Of a stretch of DNA of 64,000 nt, positions 27,484 to 38,839 are shown piece by piece. Below the pieces are notes generated by a model. That model saw nothing but the letters and a program-made list of their open reading frames with translations, ran no database searches and was not told where the DNA came from. The position numbers were made by a program, and so were the translations under genes. Position 1 is the stretch's first letter. Each line of letters opens with the position of its first letter. The DNA comes from Erythrobacter sp. (GTDB lineage: Bacteria > Pseudomonadota > Alphaproteobacteria > Sphingomonadales > Sphingomonadaceae): assembly GCF_011765465.1 (NCBI RefSeq), contig NZ_CP050265.1:2642425-2706424 (forward strand). Direction: 5' to 3'.

Positions 27484-28896
27484 TCAATCGCGCGGCTTGA
27501 TCATGTCGGCGGGCACGATCCATTCGGCGAACTGCTCCTCGGTGAGCAGGCCCAGCTCCAGCCCCGCTTCCTTGAGCGTCGTCCCGTCGGCATGGGCCTT
27601 CTTCGCGATCTTCGCGGCGTTGTCATAGCCGATATGCGGGTTGAGCGCCGTGACCAGCATCAGGCTCTCGTTCAGCAGCTTGGCGATGCGGTCCTCGTTC
27701 GCCTCGATCCCGACCACGCAATTGTCGGTGAAGGCGTGGGACGCATCCCCGATCAGCTTCATCGACTGGAGCACGTTGTAGATCATCACCGGCTTGAACA
27801 CGTTCAATTCAAGATGCCCGTGCGACCCCGCCACGCTGACGGCGGTGTGATTGCCCATGACCTGCGCGCAGACCATCGTCATCGCCTCGCACTGGGTCGG
27901 GTTCACCTTGCCCGGCATGATCGAGGAGCCCGGCTCGTTGGCGGGAAGCGAAATCTCGCCGAAGCCGCAGCGCGGGCCGGAGCCCAGCAGGCGGATGTCG
28001 TTGGCGATCTTCATCAGGCTGACCGCGACCGTGTTGAGCGCGCCCGACATTTCCACCATCGCGTCATGCGCGGCCAGCGCCTCGAACTTGTTGGGCGCGG
28101 TGACGAAGGGATGGCCGGTTTCCGAAGCCACCTGCGCGGCGAATTCCTCGGCGAAGCCCGCCTTGGAATTGATGCCCGTGCCGACCGCCGTGCCGCCCTG
28201 CGCCAGTTCGAGCACGCGCGGCAGCGCGCCCTCGATCCGGGCGATGCCGTTCTCGACCTGCTTGGCATAGCCGGAAAATTCCTGGCCGAGCGTGAGCGGG
28301 GTCGCGTCCTGCAGGTGAGTGCGGCCGATCTTGACGATCGACGCGAACGCCTTCGCCTTGTCGTCCAGCGCGCCGTGGAGCTTCTTCAGCGCGGGAACGA
28401 GATGCTCGATCGCCTCGCTCGCGGCGGAAATGTGCATCGCGGTGGGAAAGGTGTCGTTCGACGACTGGCCCATGTTGCAATGATCGTTGGGGTGGACCGG
28501 GTCCTTGCCGCCCTTCTTGCCGGTGAGGATCTCATTCGCGCGGCTCGCGATCACCTCGTTGGCGTTCATGTTCGACTGCGTGCCGCTGCCGGTCTGCCAC
28601 ACCACCAGCGGGAACTGGCCCGAAAGCGTCCCGTCGATCACCTCGCGCGCGGCCTGGACGATCGCCTCGCCCAGTTTCGCATCGAGCACGCCCAGTTTCA
28701 TGTTGGCCTTCGCCGCCGAAAGCTTCTGGATGCCGAGCGCGCGGACCAGCGCGGCGGGCATCTTCTCGCCGCCGATGGGGAAGTTGATGATGCTGCGCTG
28801 CGTCTGCGCGCCCCAGTGCGCCTCGGCCGGGACGTGCACCTCGCCCAGCGAATCGGTCTCGATCCGCGTTTCGCCGCTCGTCGTCATGTCACTCAT
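27484..28896 (-). CDS. fumC: Fumarate hydratase class II
   Basis: [20 protein letters not shown] and [13 protein letters not shown] motifs. Start at 28896 or 28887. Confidence 0.97.
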   Translation of the reverse strand: MSDMTTSGETRIETDSLGEVHVPAEAHWGAQTQRSIINFPIGGEKMPAALVRALGIQKLSAAKANMKLGVLDAKLGEAIVQAAREVIDGTLSGQFPLVVWQTGSGTQSNMNANEVIASRANEILTGKKGGKDPVHPNDHCNMGQSSNDTFPTAMHISAASEAIEHLVPALKKLHGALDDKAKAFASIVKIGRTHLQDATPLTLGQEFSGYAKQVENGIARIEGALPRVLELAQGGTAVGTGINSKAGFAEEFAAQVASETGHPFVTAPNKFEALAAHDAMVEMSGALNTVAVSLMKIANDIRLLGSGPRCGFGEISLPANEPGSSIMPGKVNPTQCEAMTMVCAQVMGNHTAVSVAGSHGHLELNVFKPVMIYNVLQSMKLIGDASHAFTDNCVVGIEANEDRIAKLLNESLMLVTALNPHIGYDNAAKIAKKAHADGTTLKEAGLELGLLTEEQFAEWIVPADMIKPRD

Positions 28897-29065
28897 CGAA
28901 ACTATCCCTGTGTAAGTCGAAAACGATCCCTTTGCTTGCGAAACGCCCCTAAGCACCCGGCGACGGGCGCTGGCAAGAGCGCTGTTCGCCCCAACCGGCG
29001 AGCCGTCCCATCGCTTTCGCGGCCCAAGCCCCTTTAATCCGGGCGAGTCGGGGTCTAGGTAGGAG

Positions 29066-29096
29066 TTGACGCGCTGTATTGCGTTCCTAATACAGC
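29066..29096 (+). promoter_or_regulatory. Sigma70-like promoter with overlapping 8-8-8 inverted-repeat operator upstream of pcm
   Basis: TTGACG at 29066; GCTGTATT-N8-AATACAGC perfect inverted repeat at 29073-29096. Confidence 0.6.
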
Positions 29097-29109
29097 TTTC
29101 GGAGTGGAC

Positions 29110-29763
29110 ATGAGCAATACGGAAACCCTCGATAGCAATGAGGCGGAGGCGAACGCGATGAAGCGGTCCGACACCGGCCCCGACACGCGCGAAGCCCGCC
29201 GCGCGATGATCAAGAGCCAGCTGCGCACAAGCGGGGTCAATGACGAGACCACGCTGGAGCGGATGCGCGATGTCCCGCGCGAGGAGTTCCTGCCGCCCGA
29301 AAAGGCGCCGCTCGCCTATATCGACCGCTCGATCGCCCTGCCCGGCGGAGGCGCGATGGCCGCGCCCCTGTTCTACGGCAAGCTGCTGGTCGAAGCCGCC
29401 GCGCGCAAGGACGACCGCGTGCTGGTGGTCGAAAACGGGACCGGATACCTCGCCGAGCTGCTGCGCCCGCTGGTCGGCTCGCTCGAAGTCACCGGGACCG
29501 ACGAAGCCGCGAACGGCAATGTGCCGGGTGACGGCGACTTCACCCTCGTCGTGATCGACGGGGCGATCGAGCAGCTGCCCGAAAGCCTCGCCGCGCGCGT
29601 CGCAGAGGGCGGGCGCGTCGCCGGCGGGCTGGTCCTGCGCGGCGTCACGCGGCTTGCCTCGGGCAAGAAGATCGCGGGCCGGGTCGCCTTCATGCCTGTC
29701 GAGGATCTCGGCATCCCCGTCATCCCCGCCTTCGCCAAGCCGAAGGGCTGGTCCTTCCCGTGA
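29110..29763 (+). CDS. pcm: Protein-L-isoaspartate O-methyltransferase-like protein
   Basis: [26 protein letters not shown]; conserved pcm-tolC-popZ context. Confidence 0.85.
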   Translation: MSNTETLDSNEAEANAMKRSDTGPDTREARRAMIKSQLRTSGVNDETTLERMRDVPREEFLPPEKAPLAYIDRSIALPGGGAMAAPLFYGKLLVEAAARKDDRVLVVENGTGYLAELLRPLVGSLEVTGTDEAANGNVPGDGDFTLVVIDGAIEQLPESLAARVAEGGRVAGGLVLRGVTRLASGKKIAGRVAFMPVEDLGIPVIPAFAKPKGWSFP

Positions 29764-31253
29764 TCCCACGCCCGGCTTTCGCGCCGCGGCGTGCGCTGGT
29801 GCGCGCCGCCGGGCTTGCCGCGCTTGCGGCCTCGCTTGCCGCCGCCCCGGCGCAGGCGGACACGCTGCGCGAGGCGCTGGCGGCGGCCTACAACACCAAC
29901 CCGACGCTCGCCGGGGCGCGGGCGAACCAGCGCGCGACCGACGAGGAAGTGCCGATCCAGCGCGGGCAGGGCCTGCCCAACCTCACCGTCACGGCGACCC
30001 ATATCGAGTTCCTGCGCCAGTCGGCCAACGCCTTCACCGCGCCCGAACGCAACCTCGGCATCAACGCCCAGCTGCAGGTCCCGATCTACCAGGGCGGGCG
30101 GATCCGCAATTCGACCCGCGCGGCCGAGGAACGGGTCGAGGCGGGCCGGGCCGACCTGCGCGGCGCGGAAAGCGCGCTGTTCAGCCAGACCGTTGCCGCC
30201 TACATGGACGTGCTGCGGACCGAGGCGCTCGCCGGGCTCGCCCAGAACCAGGTCGAGGTGCTCGACGTGACCCTGCAGGCGACGCGCGACCGATTCGAGA
30301 TCGGCGACACCACGCTGACCGACGTGGCGCAGGCCGAAAGCCGCCTTGCACTCGCCCAGGGCGACCTGCGCAATGCGCTCGCCAACCTCGTTTCCGCGCG
30401 CGAGACCTATATCGAACTCGTCGGCATGGCCCCCGACAACCTCGAGGCGCCGCCGCCGCTGCCCAACCTGCCCGACACGGTCGGCACGGCAGTCGTCACC
30501 GCGCTCGAGAACAATCCCGACCTCGTCGCCGCGCGCCAGCGGGCCGAGGCGGCGGGATTCGATACCGAAGTCGCAGGCTCCGGGCGGCTGCCGACCGTCG
30601 CCCTGTTCGCCAATGGCGACTATTCCGACTTCTACGGCACCTTGGGCGGCCCGATCGCGGCCAATTTCGTCCAGCGCGAGACGACCGCCAATGCCGGCGT
30701 GCGTGTCACCATCCCGATCTTCCAGGGCGGTGTCCCCGCCGCGCGCCAGCGCCAGGCCGGGGCGCGGGAAAGCGCCGCGCTCGAACAGGTCATCCAGACC
30801 GAGCGTTCCGTGATCCAGCAGACCCGCGCCGCCTATGCCAGCTGGCAGGCCGCGCTCGCCGTGATCGAAAGCTCCAAGGCCGCGGTCGAAGCCGCCGAAC
30901 TCAGCCTCGAAGGCGTGCGCGCGGAGAATTCCATCGGCAACCGCACCATCCTCGACGTGCTCAACGCCGAACAGGAACTCGTCTCCGCCCGCGCCCAGCT
31001 CGTCACCGCGCGGCGCAATGCCTATGTCGCGGGCTTCACCCTGCTCGCCACCATGGGCAAGGCCGAGGCGCGCGACCTCAATCTCGACACCGGCGGGCCG
31101 CTTTACGATCCGACGGTCAATTACGAGCGGGTGCGGGGCAAAATCTGGGACTGGGACCGCGACCCGGAACCCGAAGCGGAATCGACCCGCACCGTTGACA
31201 TTCCCGCGGCGCAGGCGACATTCGGCCCCGTGCTGGAGCCCGGCGAGCGTTGA
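29760..31253 (+). CDS. TolC-family outer membrane protein
   Basis: [31 protein letters not shown] and [14 protein letters not shown] motifs. Confidence 0.93.
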   Translation: MIPRPAFAPRRALVRAAGLAALAASLAAAPAQADTLREALAAAYNTNPTLAGARANQRATDEEVPIQRGQGLPNLTVTATHIEFLRQSANAFTAPERNLGINAQLQVPIYQGGRIRNSTRAAEERVEAGRADLRGAESALFSQTVAAYMDVLRTEALAGLAQNQVEVLDVTLQATRDRFEIGDTTLTDVAQAESRLALAQGDLRNALANLVSARETYIELVGMAPDNLEAPPPLPNLPDTVGTAVVTALENNPDLVAARQRAEAAGFDTEVAGSGRLPTVALFANGDYSDFYGTLGGPIAANFVQRETTANAGVRVTIPIFQGGVPAARQRQAGARESAALEQVIQTERSVIQQTRAAYASWQAALAVIESSKAAVEAAELSLEGVRAENSIGNRTILDVLNAEQELVSARAQLVTARRNAYVAGFTLLATMGKAEARDLNLDTGGPLYDPTVNYERVRGKIWDWDRDPEPEAESTRTVDIPAAQATFGPVLEPGER

Positions 31254-31312
31254 TTGTCCCGATTCGGGACCGGCGCACCGGGTTTGCATCAGGCTCTTGA
31301 GACGAGGCGGGA

Positions 31313-31798
31313 ATGGCGAATTCGGGTGAAGCGTCGGTCGAGGAAATCCTCGAATCCATCAAGAAGGTGATCGCGCGCGACAACCGCGAGGACGCGCTTG
31401 CCGCGCGCCGCCGCCGGGAAGCCGAGGCCGAGCGGGCCGAGCAGGAAAGCCAGTCCGGCGTCGAACAGGACGAGGAGGTGCTCGACCTGTCGGCAATGGA
31501 CTTCGCCGATGAAGCGGACCTGGAAGAGGCCGCCGTCGAAACCGAAGAGGACGACGATGCCCCGCTGATCGCCGAGAAGGTGCGCGGCGCGATGCAGGAA
31601 AACCTCGCCGCGCTCGCCATGCTCGCCGAACCGGGGGCGAAGCCGCAGATCGTGCGCTCGGGCGAAACCTCGCTCGAAGGGCTGGTGCGCGAAATGCTCC
31701 GCCCGATGCTGGCGGCGTGGCTCGACGAGAACCTGCCCGGCATGGTCGAGAAGATGGTCCAGGCCGAAATCGCCCGGATCGCGGGCAAGCGCCGCTGA
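31313..31798 (+). CDS. popZ: Pole-organizing protein PopZ (DUF2497)
   Basis: N-terminal EASVEEILESIKKVIA, acidic middle, C-terminal LVREMLRPMLAAWLDENLP. Confidence 0.88.
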   Translation: MANSGEASVEEILESIKKVIARDNREDALAARRRREAEAERAEQESQSGVEQDEEVLDLSAMDFADEADLEEAAVETEEDDDAPLIAEKVRGAMQENLAALAMLAEPGAKPQIVRSGETSLEGLVREMLRPMLAAWLDENLPGMVEKMVQAEIARIAGKRR

Positions 31799-31850
31799 GA
31801 GCGCGGCTTTCGCTGGAAAGCGCGCGGGCGAGGCGCTAACACGCCGGCCC

Positions 31851-34004
31851 ATGAACGCCCTTCGCACGACCGGCGCGATTGCCGCCGCTTTCGCCCTTTC
31901 GCTCGCCGCGCCGCTGGCGGCGGATGACCACGCAGACACCGCGCGCAGCGTTCCGGGGCTAAAGGCCCCCGCGATGAGCGCGCGCGACCTCGTCACCATG
32001 CCGCGCCTCGGCGCACCGACCGTCGCGCGTGGGCGCTACGCGGTCTATTCGGTCACCGTCACGGATCCCGAAACGCTGGCGCGCAGCCGCCGCCACTACA
32101 TCCTCGACCTCGCCGCCGAGGGGGGCGAGCCGGTCGAGTTCGACCTCGGCATCGAAGCACACAGCCTCGCTTTCGGGCCGGACGATTTCCTCTATTTCCT
32201 AAGCAGCGAGCACACCGACGAAACCCGCGAGACACGCACCCGCCTGTGGCGCGCCGCGCTCGAGGCGAGCGGGAACGTCACCGGCCCGATGATGGTCGCG
32301 GACATTCCCGGGACCGACATCGCGGGTTTCAAGCTGTCGCCAGCGGGCAATGCGGTCGCGCTGTGGAGCGAAATCGCTCGCGACTGCCCCGCCTTCGGCT
32401 GCGAGGAGGCGGAGAAGGGCGTCGGCTCGGGGCGGCTCTACGAAGGCGACGCGGGTTTCTACCGCCACTGGGACCGCTGGATCGAACCGGGCGTGTTCAA
32501 CCGCGTCTTCGTCTTCGGGATGGAGAACGGCGAGGCCGTCGGCGATCCGCTCCCGCTCGATGGCGAGCCGGGAGAAGGCGTGACCGGCAACACCCCGACC
32601 ATGCCTTTCGGCGGGGGCGAGGACATCGCCTGGGCGCCGGACGGGTCGGGCGTCTGGTTCGTCGTGCGCGAAGCGGGCGCGAACGAGCCGACATCGACCG
32701 ATCTCGACATCTGGTGGAACGACCTTTCGGGTTCGGGCCCGACCAACCTCACCGCCGCCAACGAAGCGACCGACACCGCGCCCGCCCCGTCGCCCGACGG
32801 GCGCTATCTCGCCTACCTCGCGATGGCGCGGCCCGGTTACGAATCCGACCGGCTGGTGGTGCAGCTGCGCGACCTCGAAACCGGCGAGACGCGCGCGTTG
32901 ACTGAGGACACCGACCTGTCCTTCGGCGGGCTGACATGGAGCGCGGACGGATCCTACCTCCTGGCGACCGCCGCCGACACGCTCGACGTGCCAGCCTACC
33001 GGATCGACCCCGCGAGCGGCGAAGTCACCGAACTCGACCTGATCGCGGGCAACGAGGCGCATATCGCCAACCTCACCCCGCTCGACGGAAACCGCCTGCT
33101 GTTCACGCGCGATTCGATCGGGGTGCCGGCGGAACTCTACCTCTCGAGCGACATGGGCAAGGCGCGCCCGCTGACCGACGTGGTGACGAGCCGGATGGGC
33201 GAACTCGCCTCGATCGAAACCACCCGTTTCCGCTTCGAAGGGGCACAAGGCGACACGGTGTGGGGCCAGATCACCCGGCTTGAGAATCAGGAAGGCCCGA
33301 TCCCCGCGATCCTCTATGTCCACGGCGGACCGCAGGGCACGTTCAACGACGCGTGGTCATCGCGCTGGAACCCGCGCGTGCTGGCGAGCCAGGGCTATGC
33401 CGTAATCTCGGTCGATTTCCACGGCAGCGCCGGATACGGGCAGGACTTCATGGATGCGATCAACCGCGACTGGGGCGGAAAGCCGCTGGTGGACCTGCAG
33501 ATGGGCCTCGCCGCCGCGCTGAAGCTCGATTCGCAGATCGACGGCAGCCGCGCCTGCGCCATGGGGGCGAGCTATGGCGGCTACATGATGAACTGGATCG
33601 CGGGCAACTGGCCCGACCGGTTCGACTGCCTCGTCCAGCACGACGGGCTGTTCGACATGAGGAGCTTCTACTATTCGACCGAGGAGCTGTGGTTCCCGCG
33701 CTGGGATTTCGGCGGCTCCTACGCCGAAGCGCGCGAGACCTACGAACGCTGGAACCCGGTCAACTATGTCGAGAACTGGAAAACCCCGATGCTGGTCGTG
33801 ACCGGCGAAAAGGATTTCCGCGTCCCCTACACGCAGGGGCTGCAGAGCTTCACCGCCCTGCAGGAACGCGGCATCCCCTCGCAGCTCCTCGTCTTCCCGG
33901 ACGAGAATCACTGGGTGCTGGGCGCGGCCAATTCGCTGCAGTGGCACGAAACGGTGTTCGCATGGCTCGATCGCTGGCTCGACAAGGACACCGGGGCTCA
34001 ATGA
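31851..34004 (+). CDS. Exported S9 (prolyl oligopeptidase family) peptidase
   Basis: Signal peptide; beta-propeller repeats; HGGPQ, GASYGG, DFRVP and ENHW catalytic triad motifs. Confidence 0.92.
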   Translation: MNALRTTGAIAAAFALSLAAPLAADDHADTARSVPGLKAPAMSARDLVTMPRLGAPTVARGRYAVYSVTVTDPETLARSRRHYILDLAAEGGEPVEFDLGIEAHSLAFGPDDFLYFLSSEHTDETRETRTRLWRAALEASGNVTGPMMVADIPGTDIAGFKLSPAGNAVALWSEIARDCPAFGCEEAEKGVGSGRLYEGDAGFYRHWDRWIEPGVFNRVFVFGMENGEAVGDPLPLDGEPGEGVTGNTPTMPFGGGEDIAWAPDGSGVWFVVREAGANEPTSTDLDIWWNDLSGSGPTNLTAANEATDTAPAPSPDGRYLAYLAMARPGYESDRLVVQLRDLETGETRALTEDTDLSFGGLTWSADGSYLLATAADTLDVPAYRIDPASGEVTELDLIAGNEAHIANLTPLDGNRLLFTRDSIGVPAELYLSSDMGKARPLTDVVTSRMGELASIETTRFRFEGAQGDTVWGQITRLENQEGPIPAILYVHGGPQGTFNDAWSSRWNPRVLASQGYAVISVDFHGSAGYGQDFMDAINRDWGGKPLVDLQMGLAAALKLDSQIDGSRACAMGASYGGYMMNWIAGNWPDRFDCLVQHDGLFDMRSFYYSTEELWFPRWDFGGSYAEARETYERWNPVNYVENWKTPMLVVTGEKDFRVPYTQGLQSFTALQERGIPSQLLVFPDENHWVLGAANSLQWHETVFAWLDRWLDKDTGAQ

Positions 34005-34420
34005 GCGGCAACGAACTCCTCTCCGCCCGGTCCTCGCTCGCCCGGCATTACGAAAGCGATCCCGCCCGCGCCGACACCGCACCGGTCGAGCGGCACATTT
34101 TCCTGTGCGCGCTGTCGGACAAGGGCAAGTGCTGCTCGCGCGAGGAGGGGGAGGCCGCATGGACCTTCCTCAAGACGCATTTGAAGGAGCGCGGCCTCGT
34201 CGGGCCGAAGCGCACGTCCGACCATCCGAAAGGCGCGGGCGGAGGGGTGCAGCGGACCAAGGCCGACTGCCTCCAGATCTGCGGGAAGGGTCCGATCGCG
34301 GTCGTGTGGCCGGACGGCGTGTGGTATCATTCCTGCACGCCGGAAGCGCTCGAACGGATCGTCGAGGAGCACCTTGTCGGCGGCGTGCCCGTAGAGGACT
34401 ACCGCCTCAGGCCCGAATAG
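34001..34420 (+). CDS. Thioredoxin-like [2Fe-2S] ferredoxin
   Basis: HIFLC...KCC, DCLQIC..GP and VVWPDGVWY motifs; ATGA overlap. Confidence 0.85.
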   Translation: MSGNELLSARSSLARHYESDPARADTAPVERHIFLCALSDKGKCCSREEGEAAWTFLKTHLKERGLVGPKRTSDHPKGAGGGVQRTKADCLQICGKGPIAVVWPDGVWYHSCTPEALERIVEEHLVGGVPVEDYRLRPE

Positions 34421-34423
34421 GGG

Positions 34424-34738
34424 TCAATCGCGGTCCTTGCCGCCGAACAGCTCGTCCGCGCTCGGCAGGCGGTTGTCGACCGCGTCGTCGTGCCCGGTCC
34501 CGTTCGACAGGAAGGCAAGCCCCATCAGCCCGCCCGACAGCAGCATGGTGAAGGCGATGCCCAGCGCGACCGCGATGAAGTAATGCACCGAGACCATGCC
34601 ATTGAAGGCATAGAGCAGGCCGAGCGCCACCGTCACGGTCGCGATCGTCACCGCCATCAGCAGCTTCATGATCTGGCGGTAGCGCGCCCAGGCATGGGCG
34701 GCGTTTTCGGGATTATCGAGCGGGGATTTGCGGGCCAT
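34424..34738 (-). CDS. Hypothetical two-TM membrane protein
   Basis: 104 aa with two TM helices; LMGLAFLSNGTGHD. Confidence 0.7.
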   Translation of the reverse strand: MARKSPLDNPENAAHAWARYRQIMKLLMAVTIATVTVALGLLYAFNGMVSVHYFIAVALGIAFTMLLSGGLMGLAFLSNGTGHDDAVDNRLPSADELFGGKDRD

Positions 34739-34863
34739 CGCCCCTCAATGGGGTCTTTGGGCCGACAATGCAAACGCAGTGCGCGCAACTCCCGTCGGCA
34801 CGGTCCGGATTCGCCTTTCGCTGCGAAGAGTGGCATTTTGCGGATCGGAGAGAGGAGTCGATC

Positions 34864-35295
34864 ATGACCACCATTGCCAAGATCATAGCCGGGCGCCGGG
34901 CCGAGGACATCGTCACCTGCGATGTCTCGACCCCGGTGTCGGAAGCCGTGCGTATCCTTGCCGGCCAGCGGATCGGGGCGCTCCCCGTGATGCGGCAGGG
35001 GCGCGTGGCCGGGATCATCTCGGAACGCGACGTGATCTATTGCATGGCCGAAAAGGGACGCGATTGCATGGACTTGCCCGTGGGCGACATCATGACCTCG
35101 CCCGCCGTTACGGTCGAACCCTCGACCAGCGTGGACGAGGCGCTTTCGATGATGACCCGCCGCCGCTTCCGCCATTTCCCGGTGGTCGAGAACGGCAAGC
35201 TCATCGCCTTCATCTCGATCGGCGACCTCGTCAAATCGAAGATCGACGAGGTCGAGCACGAGGCCGAGGCGCTGCGCGCTTATATCCAGACCTGA
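34864..35295 (+). CDS. CBS-domain protein
   Basis: Tandem CBS motifs (IGALPV..GIISERD; RHFPVV...ISIGDLVK). Confidence 0.9.
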   Translation: MTTIAKIIAGRRAEDIVTCDVSTPVSEAVRILAGQRIGALPVMRQGRVAGIISERDVIYCMAEKGRDCMDLPVGDIMTSPAVTVEPSTSVDEALSMMTRRRFRHFPVVENGKLIAFISIGDLVKSKIDEVEHEAEALRAYIQT

Positions 35296-35344
35296 GCCCA
35301 AGCATCTTGAGCCGGACGCAAGCGCGCCCTATCTTGCACGCGCC

Positions 35345-35686
35345 ATGACGGAAACAATGACCCCCACGCTCACCCTCACCCCTGCCGCGGCCAAGCGAGT
35401 CGCGATGATCGCCGAGAAGCAGGCCAAGCCCGCGGTGCTCCGGCTGTCGGTCGAGGGCGGGGGCTGTTCGGGCTTCCAGTACAAGTTCGACCTCGCCGAA
35501 GGGCCGGAAGGCGACGACAGCGTGAGCGAGACCGACGGGGTCAAGCTGGTGGTCGATCCGGTCAGCCTCGACCTTGTCTCCGGCAGCGTCGTCGATTTCG
35601 TCGAATCACTGGGCGGGGCGGCCTTCCGGGTGGAAAATCCCAATGCGGCCGCCGGGTGCGGCTGCGGCTCCAGTTTCGGGATTTGA
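35345..35686 (+). CDS. erpA: A-type Fe-S carrier ErpA
   Basis: LSVEGGGCSGFQY and NPNAAAGCGCGSSF motifs. Confidence 0.88.
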   Translation: MTETMTPTLTLTPAAAKRVAMIAEKQAKPAVLRLSVEGGGCSGFQYKFDLAEGPEGDDSVSETDGVKLVVDPVSLDLVSGSVVDFVESLGGAAFRVENPNAAAGCGCGSSFGI

Positions 35687-35724
35687 ATTAGACCCCGGCG
35701 CCGGTTTGGGGCATCACGCGCCCC

Positions 35725-36531
35725 ATGCGGATAGCGACTTTCAACATCAACGGCATCAAGGCGCGCCTGCCGCGCCTCATCGAATGGCTCGAGGAAACGC
35801 GGCCCGCGGTCGCCTGCCTGCAGGAGATCAAGAGCCAGGACGACACCTTCCCGCGCGAGGAGATCGAGGCGCTGGGCTACCACGTCCTCACCCACGGGCA
35901 GAAGGCGTTCAACGGGGTCGCGGTGCTGACCGACGGCAAGGCGGGGTATGAGCCACCGCGCGAGGTGCAGCGCGGGCTGGGCGTGGACGGGCCGAAAGAC
36001 GGCGAGGGCGAACAGGCGCGCTATCTCGAAGTCGACGCGGTTGGGCCGCATGGGGCGGTGCGCGTCGCGTGCCTCTACCTTCCCAACGGCAATCCGCATC
36101 CGGGGCCGAAATTCGACTACAAGCTCGAGTGGATGGCGGCGCTGCGCGCGCGCATGGCGGCGATCTGGGCGGAGGAAGTCCCCGCCGTCGTGCTGGGCGA
36201 TTTCAACGTCATTCCCGAGGACGACGACGTCTATTCCGTGAAGGCGATGGCGAAGGACGCGCTGATGCAGCCCGAATCGCGCGCAGCCTATGCCCGCCTG
36301 CTCGGCGACGGGTGGACCGACGCGGTGCGCACGCTCAATCCGCGCGGGGGCGTGTGGACCTATTGGGACTACCAGGGCGGCGCATGGCAGCGCGACCACG
36401 GCTTTCGCATCGACCACGTCCTGCTCTCGCCCGAAACCTCCGACCGCCTGCAGGCCGTCGGAGTCGACAAGGCGCACAGGGGCCGCGAAAAGGCGAGCGA
36501 CCACGCGCCCGTCTGGGTGGAATTGAGTTAG
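35725..36531 (+). CDS. xth: Exodeoxyribonuclease III
   Basis: ATFNING, CLQE.K, YLPNGNP, GDFN, RIDH and SDHAP motifs. Confidence 0.95.
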   Translation: MRIATFNINGIKARLPRLIEWLEETRPAVACLQEIKSQDDTFPREEIEALGYHVLTHGQKAFNGVAVLTDGKAGYEPPREVQRGLGVDGPKDGEGEQARYLEVDAVGPHGAVRVACLYLPNGNPHPGPKFDYKLEWMAALRARMAAIWAEEVPAVVLGDFNVIPEDDDVYSVKAMAKDALMQPESRAAYARLLGDGWTDAVRTLNPRGGVWTYWDYQGGAWQRDHGFRIDHVLLSPETSDRLQAVGVDKAHRGREKASDHAPVWVELS

Positions 36532-36540
36532 CGCCAATGC

Positions 36541-36567
36541 AAAACGGGCTCCCCATCGGGGAGCCCG
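36541..36567 (-). terminator. Rho-independent terminator for the minus-strand cell wall hydrolase gene
   Basis: Perfect 10-bp stem CGGGCTCCCC/GGGGAGCCCG with an A run on the plus side (U run on minus). Confidence 0.7.
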
Positions 36568-36643
36568 CAAGGCCAGGCGACAGCCCGCAGCGGAGTCGAA
36601 GACGGCCGAAGGCCATCCGACCGTCAGGTCGCGTGAGCGAGGA

Positions 36644-37336
36644 TCACCTGTAAAAGATATGCGTGTCGATCTGGGCGAGCCGCTGCTTGCGGTAGCTCCA
36701 TTTCGGGCGGACGTAATTCGCGTGGAAATAGACCGCGTCGCCCGCAGGGCTGTCCCACATTCCGTCATGCGCGATCCGCGCGATCGCCTTGGCGCGCTGC
36801 CACGCCGCGGTGTGGGTGCGAATCCTCGGCATCCGCCCGTTCTTCACGAAGGAGAACTGCGCGCGCTGGTAGACGACGCCGCAATAGCTCGCCGGGAAGC
36901 GGCTGTCCTCGGCGCGGTTGATGACGACCCGCGCCACAGCGAGCTGGCCGGCGAGCGGTTCGCCGCGCGATTCGAAATAGACCGCGCCGGCAAGGCAGGT
37001 CATTTCCTCGCTCATGCGATCCTCGGTCGGAATCAGCGAAACGAGCTCGGACAGCGAATTGGCGGCGAAGTCGGAAGCGGGGGCGTCAACCGTCTCACCT
37101 TCACCCGGGAGCGGCTGGACCACTTCCTCGGAAACGAAGACGGTTTCCTGCGGCACGATTTCCACGCTCTCATCGGCCTCCGGGGCCGTTTCGACGAGGG
37201 CCGCGTCCGCTGCGGCATTTGTTTCCTGGGGGGAATCCTGAGCGAAAGCCTCGGCGCCGTCGGCGCTCGAGAAACTTAAGGAAGCCGTCGCGGCGATCGC
37301 GAGGGCGCTGAAGGAATAAGTCTTGCGACCCATCAA
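36644..37336 (-). CDS. Cell wall hydrolase (SleB/Hydrolase_2 family)
   Basis: CLAGAVYFESRGE, GQLAVA.VV.NR, QFSF, YFHA and HIFYR motifs; signal peptide. Confidence 0.92.
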   Translation of the reverse strand: MMGRKTYSFSALAIAATASLSFSSADGAEAFAQDSPQETNAAADAALVETAPEADESVEIVPQETVFVSEEVVQPLPGEGETVDAPASDFAANSLSELVSLIPTEDRMSEEMTCLAGAVYFESRGEPLAGQLAVARVVINRAEDSRFPASYCGVVYQRAQFSFVKNGRMPRIRTHTAAWQRAKAIARIAHDGMWDSPAGDAVYFHANYVRPKWSYRKQRLAQIDTHIFYR

Positions 37337-37533
37337 CTCTACTTACTGTGCGGTGAGCGCGCTCCGACGCAGGCTGGAACCTGTTGCGATATCTCGCGGG
37401 GGTAGGGGGGGGTTCGCTTTGCCTGCCGGCGGCTCCCCGTCTGCGTGCCGATCAGCGGACCGAATTGCCCGCGTCGCGGCCTGCGCACCGTGAAGCTCGC
37501 GGCCAAATAGTCTCAATTGAAACCAAGTCAACC

Positions 37534-37869
37534 TTATTGCGGCAGCAAGGTGGCGAATTTTTCCGGGTCGTCGACGTCGACCTCGACGATCCAGGTGTCC
37601 GGATCCTGCCGGGTGCGACGGTCAAGATATTCGGTAAACGCCTGTTTATCCTCCGGGTCCTCACTGCGCGTGAGGGTCCAGCGGCGCTCGAAATCGAGCC
37701 CCGGCATACGTTCATGAAGTGTGGCATTTTCGCCGCGCCGCATGAGGACGACGAGGATGGTCCCGGCGTCGCGCTCTCCCTTCGCCAGCACGGTTCCCAT
37801 GCCGCCTTCGGATTCGGCAAGGCGCAGGATCGCGCCGACTTCGAGATGGGCGGGAAGGCGAGTGCTCAA
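37534..37869 (-). CDS. DUF1491-family protein
   Basis: KGERDAGTILV and RRTRQDPDTWIVEVD motifs. Confidence 0.85.
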   Translation of the reverse strand: MSTRLPAHLEVGAILRLAESEGGMGTVLAKGERDAGTILVVLMRRGENATLHERMPGLDFERRWTLTRSEDPEDKQAFTEYLDRRTRQDPDTWIVEVDVDDPEKFATLLPQ

Positions 37870-38345
37870 TCCGGCTCGCCCGAAACATAGCCCGGCAGGC
37901 TGGAGAGCGCGATGCGCGAGCGCATGAACGTGCCCGTCCCGCGCCCGATCTCGTCGCCCTCGGCATCGACCAGCCGCGATTCGGCGACGAAGACCCGCCG
38001 TCGCCCGCTCACCCAGCGGCCCTCGGCGACCACTTCGCCCGAGCGCACCGGCTTGGTGAAATGGAGGTTGAAGCTGGTGGTCAGAAGGAAGCGATCCGTC
38101 GCCAGCGTGTTCGCGGCATAGAAAGCCGCATCGTCGAGCATCTTGAAATAGATCGTCCCGTGCGCGGCGCCCGCGGCGTGATAGACGTCCTCGCCCACGG
38201 TGAAGACCAACCGCGAGCGGCCCTCGCCCAGGATCTCGAGCTTCGAGGCGAATTTCGCGTTGACCGGGGCCGAGGCGTAGAGCCGTTCGAGCGCGCGGTG
38301 ATGCGCCTCGGCGCTGCTGCGGTCATGCGATCCCGCGTCGGTCAT
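37866..38345 (-). CDS. PaaI-family thioesterase
   Basis: HAAGAAHGTIYFKMLDDAAFYAAN hot-dog-fold motif. Confidence 0.88.
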   Translation of the reverse strand: MTDAGSHDRSSAEAHHRALERLYASAPVNAKFASKLEILGEGRSRLVFTVGEDVYHAAGAAHGTIYFKMLDDAAFYAANTLATDRFLLTTSFNLHFTKPVRSGEVVAEGRWVSGRRRVFVAESRLVDAEGDEIGRGTGTFMRSRIALSSLPGYVSGEPD

Positions 38346-38377
38346 GCGCGCTTCACCCGCAATCCGGCATCCGCCGG

Positions 38378-38839
38378 TCAGGCGGCATCCCTGAGGAACT
38401 GGTTGGTCAAAACGGCATAGAGCGCCTCGGCATCGGGCGCATCGGCGAGCGCCTGCAGCTTCGCCTCGTCACGCATGAGCCGCGAAATCGCGGCGAGCGC
38501 GTGGAGATGGGTCGCCCCGGCGTTTTCGGGAGAGACGAGGCCGAAGACGAGGCTCACCGGCTGCGCATCGGCGGCGGCGAAATCGACCGGCTGGTCGAGC
38601 TTGAGCACGGCGAGCGTCGGCTTGCGCACGCCCGAATCGCGGCAATGGGGGATCGCCATGCCCCGCCCGAACCCCGTGCTGCCGAGCGCCTCGCGCGTTT
38701 CCAGCCCGTCGAGCACGTCGCCCGCGTCGAGCCCGTAGACTTCGCCGAGACAGTCCGCGAGCGCACCCAGCACCTGCGCTTTCGTCTCGGCCTTGGCGAG
38801 CCGGACCGCTTCGGGCACGATGACGATATTGATATCCAT
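38378..38839 (-). CDS. ptsN: PTS IIA-like nitrogen regulatory protein (EIIA-Ntr)
   Basis: REALGSTGFGRGMAIPH, DFAAAD..PV.LVF and HL.ALA.ISR; downstream of hpf. Confidence 0.85.
   Translation of the reverse strand: MDINIVIVPEAVRLAKAETKAQVLGALADCLGEVYGLDAGDVLDGLETREALGSTGFGRGMAIPHCRDSGVRKPTLAVLKLDQPVDFAAADAQPVSLVFGLVSPENAGATHLHALAAISRLMRDEAKLQALADAPDAEALYAVLTNQFLRDAA

Noticed and set aside
29373-31289. 638-aa minus-strand ORF
   Set aside because: Antisense shadow of pcm/tolC.
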